Shown here piece after piece: positions 7,567 through 14,616 of a stretch of 54,650 nucleotides of DNA. Made by a program: the position numbers and the translations under genes. Location of the stretch: assembly GCA_001304215.1 (NCBI GenBank), contig LJVB01000001.1:1-54650 (forward strand). The letters run 5' to 3'. The notes beneath the pieces were generated by a model that saw only the letters and a list, made by a program, of their open reading frames with translations, searched no databases and was not told where the DNA came from. The stretch is from Acidithiobacillales bacterium SM1_46 (GTDB lineage Bacteria > Pseudomonadota > Gammaproteobacteria > Acidiferrobacterales > Sulfurifustaceae). The first letter of the stretch is position 1. Every line of letters begins with the position of its first letter.

Positions 7567-7790
7567 GCAATTGTTGCCACCACTGCGACGACCGTCGCGA
7601 GCTTGACCGGCGCCGAGTAGACGCCATCGAAACCATTAGCTGCCTATGGCCGCCGGACTCGGAATACTCCGAGACGGCCGCCGAGGGCCGGCAATACCTG
7701 CTCGACGCGCTGGCCGTCGAGTGGCGTAGTCTGCCGGTCCCGGTGCTCGAATATATGGCAAGGCGGCAGGCCGCAAGGGAGGCGCGGTGA
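7563..7790 (+). CDS. small Cys-rich hypothetical protein (75 aa)
   Basis: ORF track. ATGA overlap with the previous gene. N-terminal CCHHC. Confidence 0.6.
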   Translation: MSNCCHHCDDRRELDRRRVDAIETISCLWPPDSEYSETAAEGRQYLLDALAVEWRSLPVPVLEYMARRQAAREAR

Positions 7791-7990
7791 AACCCAATCC
7801 GGCCGAATACAATCCCGATCCTGAGTACCTGCGCCAGCTAATCGCCAGCACTGGCAAGACTCAGCGCCAAGTGGCCGAGGAAATACTTGGCTGCTCGGAG
7901 CGGGCTATTCGCATGTGGATCGCCGGCGACCGCCGCTTTCCCTACGCCGTGCAATTCACGCTAGAAGCGGAAGTCCTCGGGGTTCTCTGA
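7787..7990 (+). CDS. small HTH DNA-binding protein (Cro/XRE-like, 67 aa), last gene of the early operon
   Basis: GTG start in a GTGA overlap. The segment TGKTQRQVAEEILGCSERAIRMWIAG is a typical helix-turn-helix. Confidence 0.6.
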   Translation: MKPNPAEYNPDPEYLRQLIASTGKTQRQVAEEILGCSERAIRMWIAGDRRFPYAVQFTLEAEVLGVL

Positions 7991-8290
7991 CTCGCGGAAC
8001 TTTGCGGACTCGGGCACACGGACGAGCCCGAGCCGCTCGCGCGGGTACTCAGCCGAGGCAGGCTGTAGCACGAGGCAGTCGCCGGGGCTGAGTTGTAGCG
8101 ACCAGCGATGATAGCGGCCTTGAATCAGTAATTGATTCCCCGGAGCCGGCCGCATACGGACCTCGAAGCCCTCAAGGAACCGCGCGATCTCGTCCTCATT
8201 CTCGACCCGCCATTGCACCCAGGGAATGCCGCTCGGCAGATCGCGAGGCGCGTCTATCTTGGCGGCTGGTCCTCGACCCATCTTTGACAT
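7961..8290 (-). CDS. hypothetical protein (109 aa), last gene of the minus-strand DNA-metabolism operon
   Basis: ORF track. GGAGAGG lies upstream. The 3-prime end overlaps the convergent HTH gene by 30 nt. Confidence 0.55.
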   Translation of the reverse strand: MSKMGRGPAAKIDAPRDLPSGIPWVQWRVENEDEIARFLEGFEVRMRPAPGNQLLIQGRYHRWSLQLSPGDCLVLQPASAEYPRERLGLVRVPESAKFRESENPEDFRF

Positions 8291-8384
8291 AGGCGATCAA
8301 ACCTCTCCGGCACCGAGTTCCGGTCCCGAATTCTGATGAAATCTCCACAAATCAAGGCGAGGCGGGGAAACAGCGGATTTTTCT

Positions 8385-8840
8385 TTACGCTTCGCTCGAC
8401 CGTGTAGTGTAGGCATGATTCAGCTCGATCCATTCTATTCGCAGCTTGCGGGCAATGTTCCGGGGCATTGTATAGTCAGGCCACGGCGACTCCAAGTACC
8501 AGCCGATGACGAGATCCTGCAAGGGTAGCAGCACCGTGACCTCGTCGCCGAAGTGCTCCTCGAACACTCGCCGGCCCCAAGCAAGGCTAGGCCCGAATTC
8601 GCCGGACATCCACTGCCGAGTTCTTCCAGGGTGACAAGTGCCGAAGTGGTGCCATGCGCATAGCCCTATCGTCGCATCGTGTTCGCCCTCAAGGCGGCGC
8701 CCCGCATCGGTGACATGCTCGATGCTCGTATGCACATCGAGGTAGCCGACACAGGCGCAAGGCAGACAGCCAATGGCCTCCTTGATGATCTTGAATCGCT
8801 GGCGGTGCGAGACCTTGATCGGCGCGGTTTTACCTACCAT
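8385..8840 (-). CDS. Ref-like (RecA-dependent) HNH-type nuclease (151 aa; start moved to Met52)
   Basis: Cys/His pattern CLPCACVGYLDVHTSIEHV...GLCAWHHFG. GGGGAG lies 8 nt upstream of the ATG at 8840. Confidence 0.5.
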   Translation of the reverse strand: MVGKTAPIKVSHRQRFKIIKEAIGCLPCACVGYLDVHTSIEHVTDAGRRLEGEHDATIGLCAWHHFGTCHPGRTRQWMSGEFGPSLAWGRRVFEEHFGDEVTVLLPLQDLVIGWYLESPWPDYTMPRNIARKLRIEWIELNHAYTTRSSEA

Positions 8841-9009
8841 GAGGCAGGCTCCCCTTGCCGACCGCCTTGGGCCGGCGGGCATTGCCGCGCGTTTCGAGTG
8901 GTGGGTGGATCTTCCATTTCCAGTCCTTGAGGTACTGCTCGATCCGCTTCGGCGACCAGCCTCGGCGCTGTAGCTGCCGGCGCTTGGCCTCAATACTCGG
9001 TAATGGCAT
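8830..9009 (-). CDS. small basic protein (59 aa), not in the ORF track
   Basis: Hand translation: MPLPSIEAKRRQLQRRGWSPKRIEQYLKDWKWKIHPPLETRGNARRPKAVGKGSLPHGR. It fills the 149-nt gap between the DUF1064-like and Ref-like genes. Third-position G/C is high by eye. GGAGG lies upstream. Confidence 0.5.
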   Translation of the reverse strand: MPLPSIEAKRRQLQRRGWSPKRIEQYLKDWKWKIHPPLETRGNARRPKAVGKGSLPHGR

Positions 9010-9391
9010 AGCCCATCGCCTCCATGAGTGCTTTCTTGATCTTGTAGACTTCCGTGCGGAAGCCGCTTTGCATTTTCACATCCTCGATGACCAGCTTGGA
9101 TCGCTCGAGATCGTGATACTCGAAGTCAGCGACGTAGGTGAGGTGCCGGCCGTTCGGGTAGCCAGCCGAGCGAATCTTGATCGGTGTGCCGCCGATGGTG
9201 ATGGCATACCGGGGATGCACCGTGAGATCTCGGATCACGCCGGCGCGCTGCATGAGTAGCAGCTCCTCGTATCGCTTGAGCTCCCGCTTCGAGTCGCAGA
9301 CCGTGCCGTCAGGATGCTTGTGCTTTTCGATGTTCTGGTAGCGATCCGGCTTGCGCCGTGGATTCCTGACTCTCGGCCCTTTCTTTTTCAT
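8990..9391 (-). CDS. DUF1064-like phage protein (nuclease-like fold)
   Basis: The pattern RYQNIEKHKHPDGTVCDSKRELKRYEELLLMQRAGVIRDLTVHPRY matches the DUF1064 pattern (FDSK.E...Y..L) as I remember it. GAGGA RBS. Confidence 0.55.
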   Translation of the reverse strand: MKKKGPRVRNPRRKPDRYQNIEKHKHPDGTVCDSKRELKRYEELLLMQRAGVIRDLTVHPRYAITIGGTPIKIRSAGYPNGRHLTYVADFEYHDLERSKLVIEDVKMQSGFRTEVYKIKKALMEAMGYAITEY

Positions 9392-9548
9392 CGTGTTTCC
9401 TCAGCATCATGCGGACAAAATCGAGGCAGATCTCGTAGTCCCTGCTCTTGCGGTGATGGTCGGGGATCTCCCCCTCGTAGAATTCCTCGAAGCAAAATTT
9501 GCCAAAGTCAAAGTCTCGGCGCACCAGCTCCAATAACAGCAAGGCCAT
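9309..9548 (-). CDS. possible small protein (79 aa, MALLLLELVRRDFDFGKFCFEEFYEGEIPDHH...)
   Basis: C-terminal part of track ORF 9309..10112. It fills the 200-nt gap after the helicase but overlaps the next gene by 83 nt. Confidence 0.35.
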   Translation of the reverse strand: MALLLLELVRRDFDFGKFCFEEFYEGEIPDHHRKSRDYEICLDFVRMMLRKHDEKERAESQESTAQAGSLPEHRKAQAS

Positions 9549-9591
9549 TCGGTCGGCGAGGAATATCAGGCGCCGTTGCTGGCGCCCAGGG

Positions 9592-11109
9592 TTATGCTCG
9601 TTGCTTGGCTTTATAGAAGGCAATCTCTCGGCTCCTGATGTAGTTGAGTACGCGCGGCGACGGCGGCACCAGCGCGTGATTATTCCATTCGTGCGGCGGC
9701 CGGCACTTGGCCTTTTTCTCGAACGTAAACACGGCCCACATGGGCTTGCGGCCCTTCTCCTGAGCGTAGTGCCGAAGCATGGCGTAGAACACCTCATAGC
9801 TCGGCCAGTCGGGCGGCAGCGGCTTGGCCGTGTTCCTGCCGATCGGCACCAGATCCGCGTCCTTGGCCTCGATGTCACGCTTCGAGAACGGTACTTGCCA
9901 GCCACATTTCGGGCAGATCCGCTGGCGGCTGAATATGTGCCGGCACTCCTGACACTCGTATTGCTTGGACTCCTCGGCCTCGCCCGATTTCGGATGACGC
10001 GACCAGTTATCGCAGGCTTTCTTGCCATCATCGAGGCGCCAGCGGAACAGATCGTCAGCCATGCCGAGGCGCGGCACGTTGCCGGCATGATCGAGGACCA
10101 TGCACTCGCCACCGTCAGGCTTGGGCCTCATGCCTCGACCAATCATCTGCAAGTGCAACACGATGCTTTTGGTCGGCCGGCATACCTGGACGCAGCGAAC
10201 CGAGGGTGCGTCGAATCCGTATGACGCTATGCCTACGTTGACGAGCACCTGAATTTTTTGGGCCTTGAACGCAGCCACGACTCTGTCGCGGTCGCCCTGC
10301 GACAGTCCGGTGTGCAGCGCCTCGGCCTTGATGCCGACCCGATTGAAGCGGTCGGCGAGGGCCTCGCAGTGTCGGATGTCAACGGCGAACGTGATGGTGT
10401 GTCGGTCGGATGCCAGCCTGAGCCAATTGTCGATCGCGTCGCCCACCAGCTCGACGCAGGCTTTCGATAACTTGCCGACCTCATAGTCGCCCTTCCTGAT
10501 CTTAATGCCGGTGAGATCCGGCGCGTCAGCGCCATAGTATTCGACCGGCGCGAGGTATCCCTCCTTGATGAGCTGGCGCACCGAGACCACGTTTTTGATC
10601 TCGGTGAAGTAGTAGCCCAAGCCTCGGCCAGTCTGCCGTGCCGGCGTGGCCGTGTAGCCATCGACGCGGGCTTTGAGCTCGTAGTGGTTGAGGATCTCGA
10701 GGATCTTCGGTGCCATCGAAAGGTGACACTCATCGACGAGGACGCGATCGACCCTCGGGAACCAGAAGTCTTTGTCTTTGCGGACTCGGGCGATGAGCGT
10801 CGGCCAGGATATGACATGCACCGGATTCATTGGATTCCAGTATTCGCCCTGACGCTTGGCGCGCATCGTCGAGACGTTGTTCGCCCCGCAGATCGAGGCG
10901 GCTGCGCCGTGCGTCTGCGTGAAGATCTCATTGCGCGGGGTCAGGATCGCGGTCGAATTGCCGCGATCCATTTCCCGCTTTGCTATCAGGCATTGGATGA
11001 TCGTCTTGCCTGAGCCGGTCGGCGCACAGTGGATCACGCGGTCGTTGACGCCATGCCCCATCGCATAGTCAACATCGCTCGCCTGATACTCGCGCGTCTC
11101 GATCTTCAC
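9592..11109 (-). CDS. SF2 DEAD/DEAH-type DNA helicase with C-terminal zinc ribbon (start moved to GTG, Val13)
   Basis: Motif I CAPTGSGKT, motif II LVDECH, motif III TATP, motif VI QMIGRGMR, and zinc ribbon CQEC...CPKC. The GTG is in a GTGA overlap with the ParB-like stop, and GAGGA lies upstream. Confidence 0.9.
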   Translation of the reverse strand: MKIETREYQASDVDYAMGHGVNDRVIHCAPTGSGKTIIQCLIAKREMDRGNSTAILTPRNEIFTQTHGAAASICGANNVSTMRAKRQGEYWNPMNPVHVISWPTLIARVRKDKDFWFPRVDRVLVDECHLSMAPKILEILNHYELKARVDGYTATPARQTGRGLGYYFTEIKNVVSVRQLIKEGYLAPVEYYGADAPDLTGIKIRKGDYEVGKLSKACVELVGDAIDNWLRLASDRHTITFAVDIRHCEALADRFNRVGIKAEALHTGLSQGDRDRVVAAFKAQKIQVLVNVGIASYGFDAPSVRCVQVCRPTKSIVLHLQMIGRGMRPKPDGGECMVLDHAGNVPRLGMADDLFRWRLDDGKKACDNWSRHPKSGEAEESKQYECQECRHIFSRQRICPKCGWQVPFSKRDIEAKDADLVPIGRNTAKPLPPDWPSYEVFYAMLRHYAQEKGRKPMWAVFTFEKKAKCRPPHEWNNHALVPPSPRVLNYIRSREIAFYKAKQRA

Positions 11110-11822
11110 TTTTTCCTCGCCACGATCACGGCCGCCGCCGTCCAAGTGCTCACGTATTCGAGATCCGCGACATCGTCAGGCGTGAGCTCGAGCTTGGTGG
11201 AGTCCTCGCCACCATAGGGAAACGCCTTGATGAGCGAGCAGGCTTGTCGCAGCTCCTCGAGCTCGACCTCCTCCTGCGTCGGCTCCGGCTTGGCCGAGGG
11301 TCGATTGTCCTCGGGCTTGGCCTTTTCCGGCTTCTTGGGTTTCTCGGTCGCCGGCTCGTCGCCGATATTCAGCTCCCGCTGAATCTTGTAGACCGTGCGC
11401 ACATGCACACGGCACAAGTCAGCGATCTCCTGACGCTCGAGAGACGAGATCTCAGGATCCTTGAGGGCCAGCTCCACCGCGTTGCGCTTGTCCTGTTTCG
11501 TGCGTCTCAGGCCGTGCTGCGCATTGGCACCCAGGGCATATTGCAGCGCCGCGTGAATGTCGCCCTCGTGGATCTCGCAGTCGATGGTTTCCTTCTCGGC
11601 GTGAATGTGTGCGAGCAGGCGATGGAAGCCATCAGCCAGCACCGTGCGCTTGCTGTTTTTCTCGCGGAACACGATGATCGCCGGGAACTGGTCGCCATTC
11701 TCGAGATCCTCCCGATACTGCTCGATGGTGTCCTTGTCGAGACGCTTGCGTACCTGCGTCGCCGCAGTGGCCTCGATTGACTCGACCGGCAGCGACTCAA
11801 TCTTCGGTTTTTTCGACGCCAT
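11106..11822 (-). CDS. ParB N-terminal-domain (ParB/Srx-like) DNA-binding protein (start moved to Met23)
   Basis: Motifs FPAIIVFREKNSKRTVLADGFHRLLAH and HGLRRTK, followed by an HTH-like segment. GGAGGA RBS. Confidence 0.7.
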   Translation of the reverse strand: MASKKPKIESLPVESIEATAATQVRKRLDKDTIEQYREDLENGDQFPAIIVFREKNSKRTVLADGFHRLLAHIHAEKETIDCEIHEGDIHAALQYALGANAQHGLRRTKQDKRNAVELALKDPEISSLERQEIADLCRVHVRTVYKIQRELNIGDEPATEKPKKPEKAKPEDNRPSAKPEPTQEEVELEELRQACSLIKAFPYGGEDSTKLELTPDDVADLEYVSTWTAAAVIVARKK

Positions 11823-12111
11823 TGCCGTCCTCCAAGTCGAGACCGATCTGCCGGTTGTAGATCTGCTCGAGCTCGGCCTCGATCTCATTGGCCAGCTCGG
11901 TAATCAGCCGCTCGCGCAGCGTCTTTGTCTGCCCCCCGGTAATCAGCCGCATGACGTCATACGGATTGATTGCCGAGTCCGATGCCTGCACGGCATTGAT
12001 GGCGTTGAGCCGCACTGCCTCGCAGATCTTCTCGAGCCGGTCAGCACAGTCAGCCCGAAGGCGCTGCCGGAACGTCATTGCTTTCGCTTGTTTTTTCTTA
12101 GCCATTATCAA
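11797..12111 (-). CDS. hypothetical protein (104 aa)
   Basis: ORF track, same strand and operon as its neighbours. Confidence 0.6.
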   Translation of the reverse strand: MIMAKKKQAKAMTFRQRLRADCADRLEKICEAVRLNAINAVQASDSAINPYDVMRLITGGQTKTLRERLITELANEIEAELEQIYNRQIGLDLEDGNGVEKTED

Positions 12112-12592
12112 ACCTCAGCTCCATGAATCGAACGCGGTCGGGATTGACCACGTACACCTCCTGCTCGAGACCGCCGAAATTGCTGTCCTTTGCAGTTTGC
12201 TTTTGCCACTGGTCCACCGTCTTGCCGACATCCACAAAGCCAAAGTGCGTCATGTCGGGATTGAGGTGGAAATACCAGTCAGGTTTCTCGGTCGCTCGAT
12301 CAAATGACGATGTCGAGCAAACCATGTATGTCTTGTGCGGCCAGTCCTTGCGGCACGTAAACGGGTAGCCAAGCCGCTTGACCTCGCAGCGGTGCCAGCC
12401 GGCATCGTCGCCGGCGTCCACGTAGAGATCCCCGTTGTCGCTGTAGCCTCCCCGCTCCTCGTAAGTGGGTGCCCGCTCGTATGGCGGCAGCTTCACGGTA
12501 TGGCCGCGCTGCCACAGGTAATGCGCGACCCACCACACCGCCGTTTGACTGGCGTCGAGCCGCTCGAGGAACAATTCGTGATTCGCGGGCAT
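12098..12592 (-). CDS. PD-(D/E)xK-type nuclease-like protein (164 aa)
   Basis: The segment GDLYVDAGDDAGWHRCEVKRL fits a D...ExK catalytic pattern. Confidence 0.5.
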   Translation of the reverse strand: MPANHELFLERLDASQTAVWWVAHYLWQRGHTVKLPPYERAPTYEERGGYSDNGDLYVDAGDDAGWHRCEVKRLGYPFTCRKDWPHKTYMVCSTSSFDRATEKPDWYFHLNPDMTHFGFVDVGKTVDQWQKQTAKDSNFGGLEQEVYVVNPDRVRFMELRFDNG

Positions 12593-12896
12593 ATCTACCG
12601 GCCTTTGGCCCTGTCGGGTGACAGGCTACTAGGCTCGCCTTTGGTCGCTGCCGTTGCCCTTATGGCCACTCGGATCACTGGTCGGCCGGTCGGACCTCCC
12701 CGAGATTTTTGCCTGCTCGAGTTCCGGTCGAGTGTGGAATTAGCACCGCAGGAAGCGGCGCCGGTAGGGCGACACGCGGATTTTGCGTTACAATCCGTGT
12801 GCGCCGGTAATCGACTACCCGATTCCCGAGGCCCTCGGAGCTGGTTACTCCGGGGGCCTAAAATTTTCGGCACCTGAAAATGCCGAGCTGTCGAAT
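12593..12896 (-). other. 304-nt non-coding, highly structured region inside the minus-strand operon
   Basis: No ATG in any minus frame. The only spanning ORF (12595..12942) is Arg/Ser/Pro-rich with low third-position GC. Contains hairpins at 12773..12801, 12829..12859 and 12867..12886, plus GCGCCGGTA at 12758..12766 and 12801..12809. Confidence 0.7.
12829..12867 (+). terminator. strong hairpin AGGCCCTCGGAG-ctggtta-CTCCGGGGGCCT followed by AAAATTTT (terminator-like; reads as a paired, bidirectional arrangement with 12867..12886)
   Basis: 12-bp stem with one G-U pair, read directly. The shared AAAATTTT separates it from a 6-bp hairpin, TCGGCA-cctgaaaa-TGCCGA. Confidence 0.35.
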
Positions 12897-13238
12897 CTAC
12901 GTGTTCCACGCTTCCCTCGCAAGAGCTTCGAGCTTTGCCCACTGGTCGTCGGTGAATTCGTTGCTGCCGCGCCGATCACCTGGGCGCGAGATGAAGTCAA
13001 CACCCTCGCAGTTTCCGACATGCCGGATGTATCGCATCAGGAGTTCGCGGATCTGCAAGTGGTGATTCACCACATGGTTGAAGAACACTTGCGCCGCGCA
13101 ATCCGCGCGCCCCTCGAACCGCAGCGGATCCTCGAGGTACATTCGGCCGACCTCCTCGCCCTGCGCCATGAATGCAATGTGCGTCGGCGCCGGCTGCGCG
13201 ATCACAAAGCGGGGCTTTTCGTCACTTCGATCAATCAT
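12897..13238 (-). CDS. hypothetical protein (113 aa)
   Basis: ORF track. ATGA overlap with the upstream gene. Confidence 0.6.
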   Translation of the reverse strand: MIDRSDEKPRFVIAQPAPTHIAFMAQGEEVGRMYLEDPLRFEGRADCAAQVFFNHVVNHHLQIRELLMRYIRHVGNCEGVDFISRPGDRRGSNEFTDDQWAKLEALAREAWNT

Positions 13239-13426
13239 GCCGGCATCCCCATCGTGAACGCCGTGCGCCGGCTGACCTCGATGTAGCCGGCACCAATCAG
13301 CTCCTTGAGCTTGCCGGCCTTGTCGCCATACTCGACCATGACCGTCATCGTTTCCGGCTGCGTGAAATGCAGCGTCGGCAATTGTGCGTAGAGATCATCG
13401 ACGTCACCCCACCAAAAGATTTTCAT
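13235..13426 (-). CDS. small hypothetical protein (63 aa)
   Basis: ORF track. Confidence 0.55.
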   Translation of the reverse strand: MKIFWWGDVDDLYAQLPTLHFTQPETMTVMVEYGDKAGKLKELIGAGYIEVSRRTAFTMGMPA

Positions 13427-13435
13427 GCGTCCTCC

Positions 13436-13777
13436 TCACACCAAGAACTGCGGCGGCCTCGGGATCTCCTGATCGAGCGGCCGCCACCAGTGCAGGCAGT
13501 AATTGAAATTGTTGACATGGTCCTTGAGCGGAACGTGGAGCTGCATAAGGCAGTCGTCATCGCCCCAAAACGTGCAGGCGATCCATGTCATGTCGTCATA
13601 GCTCGGCATCTTTGAGCGCCGGCTGACGGAGGCGTGTTCCCACCCCGCGCCAACCGACACGATCACACTCAACCCTCGCTCCCTGAAATGGAATGCGCCG
13701 TTTTGCTTGTCGCCAATCGGATAGCCGCGCAACTGTACGCGGTGCTTCTCGCACCAGTCAGGAACGTGTAGCGGCAC
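13436..13777 (-). CDS. conserved phage protein with a GWEHASVS...LHWW signature (113 aa; start moved to GTG, Val38)
   Basis: GAGGAGGA lies 5 nt upstream of the GTG at 13777. The WEH.SVS motif recurs in a phage DUF family, from memory. Confidence 0.5.
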   Translation of the reverse strand: MPLHVPDWCEKHRVQLRGYPIGDKQNGAFHFRERGLSVIVSVGAGWEHASVSRRSKMPSYDDMTWIACTFWGDDDCLMQLHVPLKDHVNNFNYCLHWWRPLDQEIPRPPQFLV

Positions 13778-13928
13778 GGCGGTCCTCCTCGTCCTCGAAT
13801 TCGCGCCGCAGCTTCGCGTAAGCATCCTGCAGATCCCAACCACCGTAGCCGCTGCATTTGAGTACGCGCTTGGCGGCCTTGGCCACACGGCGCAGCTCGG
13901 ACATGCTCATCTTGTCGGGATCTTTCAT
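13758..13928 (-). CDS. small protein (56 aa), not in the ORF track
   Basis: Hand translation: MKDPDKMSMSELRRVAKAAKRVLKCSGYGGWDLQDAYAKLRREFEDEEDRRAATRS. ATGA overlap with the stop of 13925..14143. Confidence 0.5.
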   Translation of the reverse strand: MKDPDKMSMSELRRVAKAAKRVLKCSGYGGWDLQDAYAKLRREFEDEEDRRAATRS

Positions 13929-14143
13929 CGCTTGAATGCACCAGCCAGGGCAATGATGTCGGTCACGCTGAGGCGCGGTTCAGTCGGCGCCGGCGTCTCG
14001 TCGTCGCTCTCGAGGTAAGTAAATGCCGAGCGGTCATTGCCGATCATGTAGCCCATGCCGTCAGTGCCCACGGCCCACAGCGTTGTGCCGTCCCAATAGA
14101 GCCCCGGCGTGTTGTAGTCAACCGACCTATTCTGGATTTTCAT
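13925..14143 (-). CDS. hypothetical protein (72 aa)
   Basis: ORF track. ATGA overlap with the RHH gene stop. Confidence 0.6.
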   Translation of the reverse strand: MKIQNRSVDYNTPGLYWDGTTLWAVGTDGMGYMIGNDRSAFTYLESDDETPAPTEPRLSVTDIIALAGAFKR

Positions 14144-14298
14144 ATCGGAATCCCCTTGTCTTTGGCGTCGTTACGGATGGACTCGCGGAGGTACGCCGAC
14201 AGCGATAGGCCGGCGCGCGCCGCGAGCAGCTTGAGGGCCCGGAGCTCTTGTGCGGTGAGCCGAAACTGGACCTTGTCTGTTCTCTTTTTCATAGGCAT
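14140..14298 (-). CDS. ribbon-helix-helix (CopG/Arc-like) regulator, 52 aa (only the last 52 codons of track ORF 14140..14742)
   Basis: MPMKKRTDKVQFRLTAQELRALKLLAARAGLSLSAYLRESI is a classic strand-helix-helix pattern. It is the first gene of the minus operon and sits next to direct repeats. Confidence 0.65.
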   Translation of the reverse strand: MPMKKRTDKVQFRLTAQELRALKLLAARAGLSLSAYLRESIRNDAKDKGIPI

Positions 14299-14301
14299 AA
14301 T
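14273..14301 (+). promoter_or_regulatory. candidate promoter TTGTCT-N17-CATAAT for the recombination operon
   Basis: Hexamers read directly. The -10 abuts the operator repeats. Confidence 0.3.
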
Positions 14302-14327
14302 GTACTGACACTTGTACTGACAAGCAA
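14299..14327 (-). promoter_or_regulatory. candidate promoter TTGCTT-N17-TACATT for the RHH operon (would give a leaderless or near-leaderless mRNA)
   Basis: Read on the reverse complement. The -10 ends immediately before ATGCCTATG. Confidence 0.25.
14301..14322. promoter_or_regulatory. two direct repeats TGTACTGACA (14301..14310 and 14313..14322), candidate RHH operator
   Basis: Exact 10-mers with 12-bp phasing in the 48-nt divergent intergenic region. Confidence 0.5.
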
Positions 14328-14346
14328 TACTTACGCGAGGAAAAAA

Positions 14347-14616
14347 ATGGATCCGAAAATGCCGTGCCGTATATCTGACGGCCCACAGACACCGGAGGAC
14401 GCCGCTGAATCCTGGGATCGCTGGTTCGGTCAGGAGGACGAGGATGATGCTTACGAGCGCCACCGGCAACACGAGATCGACACCACTGACCGCTGCCCCG
14501 AGTGCAAGGGTCACGGCGCCGATCCACTTTCCGACAACGTCAACTGGCTGCCGTGCAAAACGTGCGGCGGTGATGGACGAGTAGCAAAAGCAACGCGAGG
14601 AGACCGCAATGAATGA
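14347..14616 (+). CDS. small protein with DnaJ-type CxxCxGxG zinc-finger repeats (89 aa; start moved to Met34)
   Basis: Motifs CPECKGHG and CKTCGGDG. ACGCGAGGA lies upstream of the ATG. Confidence 0.6.
   Translation: MDPKMPCRISDGPQTPEDAAESWDRWFGQEDEDDAYERHRQHEIDTTDRCPECKGHGADPLSDNVNWLPCKTCGGDGRVAKATRGDRNE

Noticed and set aside
9549-10112. Upstream part of track ORF 9309..10112 (minus strand)
   Set aside because: It lies out of frame inside the helicase gene, which has all the SF2 motifs. Only the last 79 codons, downstream of the helicase stop, were kept, as a low-confidence gene.
12595-12942. 115-aa minus-strand ORF spanning the 304-nt gap
   Set aside because: Its composition is Arg/Ser/Gly/Pro-rich, and third-position GC is visibly lower than in neighbouring genes. 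It has no Shine-Dalgarno, and its start lies inside the upstream gene. I treated the region as non-coding.
12783-13286. 167-aa plus-strand ORF starting in the intergenic region
   Set aside because: It is antisense to two coupled minus-strand genes, with a shadow-frame composition.
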